From NCBI GenBank assembly GCA_965218435.1, contig CBDCKW010000009.1, positions 1,312,001 through 1,376,000 on the forward strand: 64,000 nucleotides of DNA, given 5' to 3'. Below, in pieces: positions 9,477-18,266 of this stretch. The notes beneath the pieces are model-generated. The model saw nothing but the letters and a program-made list of their open reading frames with translations. It had not been told where the DNA came from and did no database searches. Numbering within the stretch: the stretch's first letter is position 1; every line of letters starts with the position of its first letter. Source of the stretch: Truepera sp. (GTDB taxonomy: Bacteria > Deinococcota > Deinococci > Deinococcales > Trueperaceae). The position numbers were made by a program, and so were the translations under genes.

Positions 9477-10958
9477 TTACTGTGCCAGATACGCTTCGGT
9501 CAGGTCAATGGCAACAATCGGTTGGTCTTGCCAGTAACCGTAAAGGTCGTTACGTGCAGCAACTAGGTACGGCGGAGAAAAGACCCAGACGTTGACGGCG
9601 TCGTCGGCGATGATGCGCTCAATCTCTTTGTAAAGTGACATCTGCTCGGCTTCGTCGCTCGTTTTTTCGATCTGTGCGAGCAAATCCTGCACCCTTTTGC
9701 TGTTGTAGTGGTAGTAATAACCTGGATTGCCGTAGATGCCGATGTCGCGCGGCTCCGAGTGCCCGATGATCGTCATGTCATAGTCGCCCTGCGTAAAGAT
9801 GCGGTCTAACCAAGTCGTCCACTCGACGTTGGTCAGGTTGACCTTGATCCCTACCTCGGAAAGTTGCTGCGCGATGACCTCGCCGGTGCGTTTTTCAAAG
9901 GGATAGGGGGGCAACTCAAAGTTGATCGTAAAGCCGTCTGGATAGCCTGCTTGAGCGAGTAGAGCTTTGGCCTTTTCGGGGTCGTACGGGTACGGGTTCA
10001 GGTCTTCGTAATAGGGCTCAATCGGGCTCGCGTGCGTGCCGATGACGGTGCCGTAACCGAACATCGCACCTTTGACGATGGTCTCTTTATCAACCGCGTG
10101 GGTGATGGCCTGGCGGACGAGCGGATTGTCGAGCGGTTTACGGGTGTTGTTTAAGGCCAAGGTAATTTCAGTGGTGGCCGAGCCTTCGGTGACTTTGATG
10201 TTGGGGTCGCCCTGAAGCTGAATGGCGTTTTCCGGGCTGAGCGCGACGCCGACCATATCAATGTCACCGGCTTGAAGCGCGGCGAGCTGCGCGTTGGTGT
10301 CTTCGATGATGCGGAAGGTCACGGCGTCCAGATACGCGGGTTTGCCGTAATAGTCGGGGTTTTTCTCGAGCCTAACTTCGCTCCCCCGTACCCACTGCGC
10401 AAATTTGAAGGGGCCGGTGCCGACGGGTTCACTCGCTTGGGTCTTCTCCGTACCCGCTTGATAGATAATCGAGTCCGGGCGGGCCAAGTTGTAAAGCAGG
10501 CTCGAGGTCGGCTTGCTCAGCGTCAGCACAACGGTATTGCCCTCAGCTTTGACATTCTTAATCGCTTCGTAATACTCGGGATGCGTATGCCCGGATTCGG
10601 GGTCGGCGGCGCGTTTGAGCGCAGCCACGACATCCGCCGGCGTCAGTGGGTCACCGTTATGAAAGGTTACACCGTCTTGCAACGTAAACGTCCAGGTCAG
10701 CCCGTCGGCTGAAGTCTCCCACTTTGATGCGAGTGCCGGAACGATGTTGCCGCTCCGGTCAATCCGGACGAGCCCCTCATAGACGTTGTGATACATCACG
10801 CGGGCAATCTCTTGCGACGTTGAAACCGTCGGGTCCCAACCGGGGGGTTCGGCGACGATTGAGACGGTGATACTGCCGCCGGGTTGTGGGGTGGGGTCTT
10901 GGGCTGAGCCGACGCCCCAGCCAACCAGTAAAAGTGTCGCTAAGATAAGCCTTTTCAT
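9477..10958 (-). CDS. family 5 (DppA-like) ABC substrate-binding protein
   Basis: Signal peptide, GVTFHNGDPLT, PVGTGPFKF, VRQAI, YDPEKAKALL; GAGGAGG RBS. Confidence 0.9.
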   Translation of the reverse strand: MKRLILATLLLVGWGVGSAQDPTPQPGGSITVSIVAEPPGWDPTVSTSQEIARVMYHNVYEGLVRIDRSGNIVPALASKWETSADGLTWTFTLQDGVTFHNGDPLTPADVVAALKRAADPESGHTHPEYYEAIKNVKAEGNTVVLTLSKPTSSLLYNLARPDSIIYQAGTEKTQASEPVGTGPFKFAQWVRGSEVRLEKNPDYYGKPAYLDAVTFRIIEDTNAQLAALQAGDIDMVGVALSPENAIQLQGDPNIKVTEGSATTEITLALNNTRKPLDNPLVRQAITHAVDKETIVKGAMFGYGTVIGTHASPIEPYYEDLNPYPYDPEKAKALLAQAGYPDGFTINFELPPYPFEKRTGEVIAQQLSEVGIKVNLTNVEWTTWLDRIFTQGDYDMTIIGHSEPRDIGIYGNPGYYYHYNSKRVQDLLAQIEKTSDEAEQMSLYKEIERIIADDAVNVWVFSPPYLVAARNDLYGYWQDQPIVAIDLTEAYLAQ

Positions 10959-11030
10959 CCTGTCCTCCTCAGATGTTGTTGCGCAGTTTGTCTTAAGGAA
11001 AGTGTAACGCGTTTGCCTACCGACCGGTAC

Positions 11031-12257
11031 TTACCCGGTTAAGAAATAGACGGCAGCCGCCGCGTAAAGCTTAGCTGCCTTGATAATGTCCTCAGCCTCG
11101 ACGTATTCATCTCGCTGATGCGGCACCTCACGCGTTCCCGGCCCGACCGTCACGATGGGGATACCGGCCCACGCTGCTAAAAAAGTCCCGTCGGTCGCAC
11201 CCGGCACCCCGCCGTAACGCGGTTGTGCGTCTAAGACTTTTGGATAACTGCGTTCCAACGCCCGAACAAGCGGATCATCCGGCGGGGTTTGGGTCCACGG
11301 CCTGTCTTCTAACAATGTGAGGGAGATTTCCGCCTTACCTCGAGCCTCTTCCGCTAAGCTTTGCAACGTTTCCCAAAGCTGCTGATGGTCCTGCCCCGGA
11401 ACGGTGCGAACGTCGAGCGCAGCGTAAGCGGTTTCGGGCATGACATTGAGCTGCGCTTCGCCCTGTGCGGGTGCTCGAATGATAGTCGGCGTCAACCACG
11501 GCAGCCCTAAGTATTGATGCGTTCCCAAACGTATCTGTTCGGAGGCTTCCAGTTCACGCACACGGGCTAAGAAGTCTAACAGCGGTGGAATCGGATTGAT
11601 ACCGGCGTAGGGCATCGCGCCGTGTGACATCTTGCCGGTACTGAGAGCTTCAACGCGGAGCGCACCTTTTTGACAGAGGCAGAGCTCGAGTTCCTCCGGT
11701 TCACAGATAATTGCGCCGTCTACCGCGTCGGCCCAACCCTGGCGGATAAAATGTTTGACACCCTGCATCATGCCCTCTTCGTCGGCAACGATCCCCAGTC
11801 GGATTCGCCCCGGCAGGTCGGGGTAGCTACGTTTGACGGCCTCGGCTGCGACGATGGCGGCAACGACGCCCGCTTTCATATCGCACGCGCCGCGCCCGTA
11901 GATGCGTCCGCTCACGAGTTCAGCCGCAAAAGGCGGGTAGCGCCAGCGTTCCGCGTCGCCTTCGGTTACCACGTCGGTGTGACCCTCGAGCATCAGTGTC
12001 TTATGCTTGGCCTCGTCAAACCCCGATCCGCTCCAATCGGCGATCACGTTGGGCCTGCCGGGTGCCGCCTCTTCGACTGTGACCGTGAACCCACCTTCAC
12101 GTAACGTCTCGGCGACAAAGTTCGCGGCCTCGGTTTCATCACTGCCGGTGCTCGGTTCAAAGACGCTGCGAATCTGCACGAGCTTCCGGGTCAGCTTTAC
12201 GGCGCGTTCGCCGTCTACGGCAGCGGCGGCGAGCGCAGCCCACTCTTCCAGCGTCAT
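11031..12257 (-). CDS. M20 family metallopeptidase (ArgE/DapE-like deacylase)
   Basis: GHTDVV, GRGACDMKAG, DEE, GATDG, PHQRDE; start placed at the ATGA overlap with the SDR gene. Confidence 0.9.
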   Translation of the reverse strand: MTLEEWAALAAAAVDGERAVKLTRKLVQIRSVFEPSTGSDETEAANFVAETLREGGFTVTVEEAAPGRPNVIADWSGSGFDEAKHKTLMLEGHTDVVTEGDAERWRYPPFAAELVSGRIYGRGACDMKAGVVAAIVAAEAVKRSYPDLPGRIRLGIVADEEGMMQGVKHFIRQGWADAVDGAIICEPEELELCLCQKGALRVEALSTGKMSHGAMPYAGINPIPPLLDFLARVRELEASEQIRLGTHQYLGLPWLTPTIIRAPAQGEAQLNVMPETAYAALDVRTVPGQDHQQLWETLQSLAEEARGKAEISLTLLEDRPWTQTPPDDPLVRALERSYPKVLDAQPRYGGVPGATDGTFLAAWAGIPIVTVGPGTREVPHQRDEYVEAEDIIKAAKLYAAAAVYFLTG

Positions 12258-13027
12258 AAGGGCGGCGTAAAACGCCCGTCCTGCGCCGTCCAACCGCCGT
12301 CCACGACGAGCAGCGTCCCGGTGACATATGAGGCGGCGTCACTTGCTAAAAAGATGGTGGCCCCGACCATCTCGCTCGGCGACGCCCAGCGTCCGAGTGC
12401 GCCCTTTTCGGCGTAAGCTCGGTACCATTCAGGATTAGCTTTGATCGGTTCGGTCAGCGGCGTCTCGACGACGCCCGGCGCGACCGCGTTCGCCCGCACG
12501 CCCTGCGGCCCCAGCTCGGCAGCCAAAGTTTTGACGAGTTGAAGCGTCCCGGCTTTGGTCGCGGCGTAAACCCCTTGCCCCGGTTCGACGACCTGCGAGC
12601 GAATCGAAGAAAACAGCACGATGCTCCCGCGTCCTTGCGCGGCCATTCGCCGTCCGGCAACCTGAAGTGCCAAAAAACTGCCTTTGAGGTTGAGCGTCAC
12701 CACCCGTTCAAACTCGGCTTCGGTGTAGTCCAGCAGCGGTTTACGGACGTTGATTGACGGGGTTGAGACCAAAATCTCGAGCGTACCGAGTTCATTTATG
12801 ACCCGCTCCAAGTCCTTCGCATCGGTGATGTCGAGCTTTGCGGCTCGAGCCTCCCCTCCAATCTCTCGAGAGACGCGTTCAGCCGCCTCCAAATTGACAT
12901 CGGCGCAGGTCACCGCCGCACCGAACGCGGCCAATCCTTGCGCGACGGCCTCGCCGATACCCGAACCCGCGCCGATCACGAGCGCCTGTTTGCCGGTGAG
13001 GTCAAAGAGCTTAGCGTAGTCGGTCAT
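12254..13027 (-). CDS. short-chain dehydrogenase/reductase
   Basis: GAGSGIG, YAATK, VAPG, VDGG. Confidence 0.92.
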   Translation of the reverse strand: MTDYAKLFDLTGKQALVIGAGSGIGEAVAQGLAAFGAAVTCADVNLEAAERVSREIGGEARAAKLDITDAKDLERVINELGTLEILVSTPSINVRKPLLDYTEAEFERVVTLNLKGSFLALQVAGRRMAAQGRGSIVLFSSIRSQVVEPGQGVYAATKAGTLQLVKTLAAELGPQGVRANAVAPGVVETPLTEPIKANPEWYRAYAEKGALGRWASPSEMVGATIFLASDAASYVTGTLLVVDGGWTAQDGRFTPPL

Positions 13028-13152
13028 CCCCGGTTGTATCAGGTGGGTTCACCGTTGCGCAAGTTTTTCGGTCGGGTCTAGGTCATCTAAGTCGGTTTGG
13101 GTCACGCTGCAGAGCCACGGTGGTGTGCGACACTCCGTTAGAGGAGGTCATC

Positions 13153-13380
13153 ATGCCAGGGATATGGAAGGTCTTTGCGCCGCTCGGACTCGCGCTGATT
13201 GGGTTCGGCGTGAGCGTCACCGCGCACGCAGCCGAGTTACGGGTAGCGAAGGCACCGTTTTGGACGTGGTTTTGGCGGGGTACGGTGGGGCTTGTGATCT
13301 TAAACAGCGGGGTCGCATTTTTTGGCGAAGCGGTCAAACGCCAGGTGCTTGACGAATTAGGGCGTACCGGCGGCAAATAA
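13153..13380 (+). CDS. small two-TM hypothetical membrane protein
   Basis: GAGGAGG RBS before ATG 13153; two hydrophobic segments. Confidence 0.6.
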   Translation: MPGIWKVFAPLGLALIGFGVSVTAHAAELRVAKAPFWTWFWRGTVGLVILNSGVAFFGEAVKRQVLDELGRTGGK

Positions 13381-13387
13381 CAAGGGC

Positions 13388-13420
13388 AAATAAAACAGCG
13401 CAGGCGGTTTGCCTGCGCTG
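13388..13420 (-). terminator. intrinsic terminator between convergent genes
   Basis: Stem CAGCGCAGGC-GGTTT-GCCTGCGCTG with a U-rich tail on the minus strand. Confidence 0.75.
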
Positions 13421-13434
13421 ACCCAAACCCAAAT

Positions 13435-14532
13435 TTAGCGGTGGTGCTTGCCTAAAGTGCGCATCGTCGGGATGCTCTCGAGCAGGTCCTCGAGCGTGGC
13501 GCTGCTGCCGTCGGGGAAACGCACCGTTACGTCGTCGCCGGGAACGCCGTTACCGTTGGCGTCCGAAAGTTTACCCGAGAAGGTCACCGTCCGAGAATCG
13601 TCTCCGTTGACGACCAAAGAACCGCGCAGGTCGGGTTCGTCCGTACCCGAGAAGGTCAGATTGAGCGCAACGCTTTGCGTGTCGCCTTCAAAGCCGCTCA
13701 AGCTCAGAAATAAAGAGCCGTCTTCCGGGACGAAGTTCTCAGCGACGCAGCCCTGCCGGGTTAATTCACCGTTCACCGCAACGTTCCACTCGAGCGTCAG
13801 CGGGCTACCTGTCAAACTCACCTTGCCCTGTGTCGTCACCGAGTCGCCCGCGTCTGATTCGCGGACCTTGTAGCCGACGTTCTCGAGTTGTAACAAGCTG
13901 CCCGTGCCGTTAACGGTTACCGAGGTAGGCTCGAGCGTCGCGTTACCGCAGCCCGTGTAGTAGGTCGTTTCGACGTTCACATCAGCGGTATTCTGACCGT
14001 CCGCCGTCAGCGACATATTGAGACCGGTCGGTACTTCGATAGACTCACCGTAAGCGTCGGCTTGAATGGTCGGGCTCAGCGCGTCCCAGTTAAAAGCGGC
14101 AGTTGCCGACTTGTTATTTCCGTAAGGCCAGGTCAAGCTGAGGTCGTCCGAGTCGCCGGTGCGTACCCACGCACTCCCGTTTTCTGACTCTGTATAGGTA
14201 TAGTCGCCACGCGGCAGGTCGTTTTTGGCGAGTGCCCCGAGCAGCCGATTGGCCCCTTTTGCGCGGTGCTGCGCCGCGCTCACACCGTAGCCAAAAAACG
14301 GATTGGTCATCACACTGTCTTGCGGAAATCCTTGCAGCGCAATCACCCCTTCGTCTTGAGCGGCGCGGTCGAGAACTGCGAGCAGCTGGTCGGACAAGTT
14401 TTGCGCCGTCTGCGTGACGTCTTGCTGGTTAAGCGGGCCGCTGGCGGCGGGGGGCGCAGTGAGGGGTTGGGCGCAGGCGCTGAGTAGGGCGGCGGTGAGC
14501 GCGGCGAGAGCGAGGCGGGTAAGGTGTCTCAT
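13435..14532 (-). CDS. hypothetical lipoprotein
   Basis: Lipobox LSAC; Thr/Ser/Gly/Asp-rich, predicted beta-rich body; DANGNG motif near the C-terminus. Confidence 0.75.
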   Translation of the reverse strand: MRHLTRLALAALTAALLSACAQPLTAPPAASGPLNQQDVTQTAQNLSDQLLAVLDRAAQDEGVIALQGFPQDSVMTNPFFGYGVSAAQHRAKGANRLLGALAKNDLPRGDYTYTESENGSAWVRTGDSDDLSLTWPYGNNKSATAAFNWDALSPTIQADAYGESIEVPTGLNMSLTADGQNTADVNVETTYYTGCGNATLEPTSVTVNGTGSLLQLENVGYKVRESDAGDSVTTQGKVSLTGSPLTLEWNVAVNGELTRQGCVAENFVPEDGSLFLSLSGFEGDTQSVALNLTFSGTDEPDLRGSLVVNGDDSRTVTFSGKLSDANGNGVPGDDVTVRFPDGSSATLEDLLESIPTMRTLGKHHR

Positions 14533-14767
14533 CGTTCCTCCTATAATTCGTACAGCTGTCCCGGCCTGGTCCGGGCTCTAATTGGGTGAGTCAAGCGTAA
14601 CAAACGCAGTTAACTATAGGGGATGCTGAGGAACAATGGGTTAGAGTTACGTTATTGATGAAGGATTGCTAAATCTTTTGTGGTTTGTGTGAGTGCTTCC
14701 GCATTTTTCCCTATAAAAATCGGCCTGAACCGCGGGTGCGGGGCTCTGAGCTTGTAAACTCGAGCCT

Positions 14768-15481
14768 ATGCCCTCAGACGGTCTCGTTCTCCTCATCCTC
14801 TTTTTCGCTGCCCTCGTTCGTTCAACAGTCGGTTTTGGTGACGCGCTCTTGTCGGTGCCGCTGCTGACGCTGCTCATCGGACTGGATAACGCTGCGCCGC
14901 TCGTGGGTCTGATTTCGGTCTCAACGGCGCTGCTGATGTCGGGGTTGTCGTGGCGCAAAATGGACGTGCGGAGCGTGTTGCCGCTCCTCGCCGCGGCCGT
15001 CGTCGGGATTCCTGTCGGGGTATTTTTCTTGCGGAACGTCGGGGGCGCGTGGCTCATTCATGTGCTGGGCGTGTTTCTTGCGCTCTTCGGCGTCTACCGG
15101 TTGCTGCGTCCCAACGTCCCTGGTATCGCGCATCCGGCGCTCGCGCCCGTGTTGGGCTTTGTAGCCGGGATGTTCGGCGGCGCGTTTAATATCAGCGGGC
15201 CGTTTGCCGTTTTGTACGGCAGCCTGCGGCGCTGGCCGCCCGAGGTTTTTCGGGCGAGTTTGCAGGGTTATTTCATCGTTACCAGCCTGACGATCGCCGC
15301 GTCCCAGGGAATCGCCGGACTCTGGACGACGCGTACCTGGACGCTTTACGCGTTTGCGCTGCCGCTGACGTTTACGGCGATCTTTATCGGCAACGTGCTG
15401 GCGCGGCGGGTGCCGAGTGAGAGGCTCGAGCGATTTATCAGCGTTGCCGTGGTCGTTTTAGGCGTTACCCTCGTTATCTAG
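14768..15481 (+). CDS. TauE/SafE (sulfite exporter) family membrane protein
   Basis: GFGDALL N-terminal motif and second GGAFNISGP repeat; about 8 TM segments. Confidence 0.85.
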   Translation: MPSDGLVLLILFFAALVRSTVGFGDALLSVPLLTLLIGLDNAAPLVGLISVSTALLMSGLSWRKMDVRSVLPLLAAAVVGIPVGVFFLRNVGGAWLIHVLGVFLALFGVYRLLRPNVPGIAHPALAPVLGFVAGMFGGAFNISGPFAVLYGSLRRWPPEVFRASLQGYFIVTSLTIAASQGIAGLWTTRTWTLYAFALPLTFTAIFIGNVLARRVPSERLERFISVAVVVLGVTLVI

Positions 15482-16567
15482 CTGCCACTCTTTAGCCAAC
15501 ACTGCAAAGACCACATCGTCAGCCCACTCGCCCTTAAACCATAAGTCTTCCTTATGGTGCGCTTCCTGCCGCATCCCGACACGTCTCATGAGCTTAATCG
15601 AAGGTAGATTACGCGGGTCGGTGATGCCCCAGATGCGGTGTAAGCCTATAACGGTAAACGCATGACTAAAAAGTGCGCTAACCGCTTCAGTCGCCAACCC
15701 TTGCCCCTGAGATGTTGGGGAAAAGGTATAACCGATTTCGGCTTGTTGGCCCGCTTCGTCCAGCTTGAAGTAGAGGTCACCGATCAGCTCATCACTACCT
15801 TTTAGCGCAACGCCGAACTGAAACCAGCCTCCTGCTGTAAACGGCTCGGTCACTTTACAGCTGCTGATAAGCTCACGCGACTCTTCAGCGGTGTAGTTTT
15901 CCCAAAGCTGCATCCAAGCGACTTCCGGCAGGTTGCGGTAGGCGACGAGCGTTTCTAGGTCAGCGTTACGCAAGCGGCGGATTTTGAGTCGTTCTGTTTC
16001 AATACCTTGAAAGGTGGTGCGCGTTTGCCCAGCGCTGTAGTCGGATTTCAGCAGACTCATCTGAATAGCACTGTGATACTCGCTTTTCCAGAGCAGCGCG
16101 TCTCTCGAGACCCCCTCCTGCACAAAACCGAGCTTTTTGTAAACGTGCCGCGCCCGTGGGTTAAAGTCAAAAACTTCTAGACTTATGCGGTGCAGGTTTA
16201 GCGTGTCGAACGCGTGTGCCAAAATAAGCCGCGCCGCCTCAGTGCCGTAACCTTTGCCCCGGTTTTCCGTGCCGCTAATCGCAATCCGAAAGTTTGCCGA
16301 CTTATTCGTCCAGTCAATCTCGTTTAAGACCACTTCACCCCGGTAACGCGGGTCGTCCGGCAGGGTGATGGCATAGTCCAAACGGTCGTCGGCATTGGTC
16401 ATACGCGCACAAAACGCCTGGACTTGCTCTAAGGTAAAGGTTTGCTGGGTGCCGGTCAGTCTCATGGATTCTTCGTCGCTGAGGCCCGCGAACATCGCGT
16501 CGGCGTCGCTTTCGGTGATAGGCCGCAGGGTGATGATGCCGCTTTTTAGGATGGGCTTGTTGAGCAC
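15458..16567 (-). CDS. tandem two-domain RimJ/RimL-type GNAT acetyltransferase
   Basis: Two acetyl-CoA motifs (NRGKGYGTEA; QGQGLATEA), each followed by LHRI and an N-x-x-[AS] motif. Confidence 0.85.
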   Translation of the reverse strand: MLNKPILKSGIITLRPITESDADAMFAGLSDEESMRLTGTQQTFTLEQVQAFCARMTNADDRLDYAITLPDDPRYRGEVVLNEIDWTNKSANFRIAISGTENRGKGYGTEAARLILAHAFDTLNLHRISLEVFDFNPRARHVYKKLGFVQEGVSRDALLWKSEYHSAIQMSLLKSDYSAGQTRTTFQGIETERLKIRRLRNADLETLVAYRNLPEVAWMQLWENYTAEESRELISSCKVTEPFTAGGWFQFGVALKGSDELIGDLYFKLDEAGQQAEIGYTFSPTSQGQGLATEAVSALFSHAFTVIGLHRIWGITDPRNLPSIKLMRRVGMRQEAHHKEDLWFKGEWADDVVFAVLAKEWQLDNEGNA

Positions 16568-16686
16568 AATATTCCTCTTTTTCTTTTAAGAGAGACTCGA
16601 GCGCCTTATCAGCTTCGCTTAGTCGTTTCGGTCGTCGCTCTGCCCGTGTATAGCTTAACAGCTTAGAAACGAGATCAGCTCGACTC

Positions 16687-17475
16687 TTACGTTTCTGGCT
16701 TAGCCTTATGGTAATTGAGTTGTGTCCCTACCCGCTTAAAGCCGAGTCTCTGATAAAGCTGCTCAGCACCCGCAGCGGCGGAAAGCCAGCACAGCTCAAA
16801 CCCGGCGGTGAAGTGATCGGTGAGCAGCCGCTGGCAGAGCGTAAAAGCCAGCCCCTGCCCTTGTAGGTTGGGCGAGGTCCACACCCCGGCTAATTCACCG
16901 ACCTTACCGCCTACCTGAATCATCGCACCAGAGACGAAAGTACGGTTTTGCTCAAGTCCTGCTGCCATTACCACGCCGCTTTTGAGCCCACCGATAAGTT
17001 GAGGCAGCCAAGCGAGTGCGCCCTCGTCGTCCGCGCCGCCTACACCGCCATACGCGACGTTTTGCCGTTCGAGAAACTCCCGTAACCGTTCTGGCTCGTC
17101 AGCTTGTAAACCTCGGTAGGTTCCGTGAGTCTCGGGAGGTGGTCCAGCTAACGCGTCTTGCGTTAAGGTCATGACGGGCGCGGCACTGTCCTGCTCGAAG
17201 CCTGCAGCTTCTAACGCAGCTGCTAGCGAAGGGTGAAGCTCATGAATATATTCTAGGCGTACGCTACGGCCCCGCTCAGCGAAGACGTCAGTAAGTGCAT
17301 AAACTGCAGTTGACCAATCCGAAACGTCGGTGTAGGGCGTAGCAAAGCTCAGAGTTGGGTTTTTAGACGCTGAAATAAACGCTTCGAACGGGCCAACTTT
17401 AAGCTTCTCGCGGCCCTGAGCACCGACGAGTCTCAGGCTCGTCTCGAGTTTTATAAGTTCTTGAAAGTTATCCAA
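16687..17475 (-). CDS. GNAT family acetyltransferase
   Basis: C-terminal VWTSPNLQGQGLA...LYQRLGF; start uncertain (TTG 17475 has a GAGGA RBS). Confidence 0.8.
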   Translation of the reverse strand: MDNFQELIKLETSLRLVGAQGREKLKVGPFEAFISASKNPTLSFATPYTDVSDWSTAVYALTDVFAERGRSVRLEYIHELHPSLAAALEAAGFEQDSAAPVMTLTQDALAGPPPETHGTYRGLQADEPERLREFLERQNVAYGGVGGADDEGALAWLPQLIGGLKSGVVMAAGLEQNRTFVSGAMIQVGGKVGELAGVWTSPNLQGQGLAFTLCQRLLTDHFTAGFELCWLSAAAGAEQLYQRLGFKRVGTQLNYHKAKPET

Positions 17476-17507
17476 AATATCCTCAGGCGGCTTTCTCGAG
17501 TAGCACA

Positions 17508-18257
17508 CTAGCCCCAGGTACGTCTATAGTCTTGTAAATCGGTCTCGAGCTCAGTGACAATACCGCCCTTTTCAAATGAGGCAAAAGGTTCTATACCCTG
17601 AACTGCCAGCTCGAGTATGTCGTCTATGACCATCTGCAAGTAGGTAGGAACGTGCTCGAGCACTTCCTGCATGGACACGCCGTAAGCTTGGCAGAAGGCG
17701 CTGAGCCTAGCTGTGCGTACGCTTTTAGAGACCTCACCTGACGTGTCTTTGAGGCGGTTGTGAAGAGGGACGGCCTCGAGTGCCAATTCTGCCACATCAT
17801 CGAGCGGATGACCGTAGCGCGCTGAATCCCAGTCAATCACGCCCGAAAGCCGCCCACCTTGCTGCAAACAGTTCCACGGCCCCAAGTCACCGTGACAGAT
17901 GAGCATTTCCGGCGTAGGTTCAGTTGGCCCCCAGAGGAAGGTGCCTCGTATCCGAAACCCACGCACGGCGTCATGATAGGTTTGCAGCCACGCGCCCAGC
18001 TCGGTCACCCACACCTCAGTAAGGACAGCAGCGGGCCAAGGGCGAAAGACGGCTTCACCGGGGAGAAAGCTCAGGTACTCGTACCTTTCGTCACTGCCCT
18101 GCAACCGCGGCGTAAGCGGAACCTCGAGCCGCCCCAAATACCCCAACAGTTCATGTACTGCCGGACTCGCCGCGCTCAACTGCCGCCTGACTACCTCACC
18201 GCGCTGCGAGGCCGTGTTGACGTTGCCCCCTGCCAGGGGTGTCTAGTCATCTTTCAT
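17508..18257 (-). pseudogene. aminoglycoside phosphotransferase/kinase family gene with an early nonsense codon
   Basis: HGDLGPWN and IDWD catalytic motifs; the frame extends upstream as MKDD*TPLAGGNVN...VVRR with TAG at 18245-18243. Confidence 0.75.
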
Positions 18258-18266
18258 CCTTCAGCA

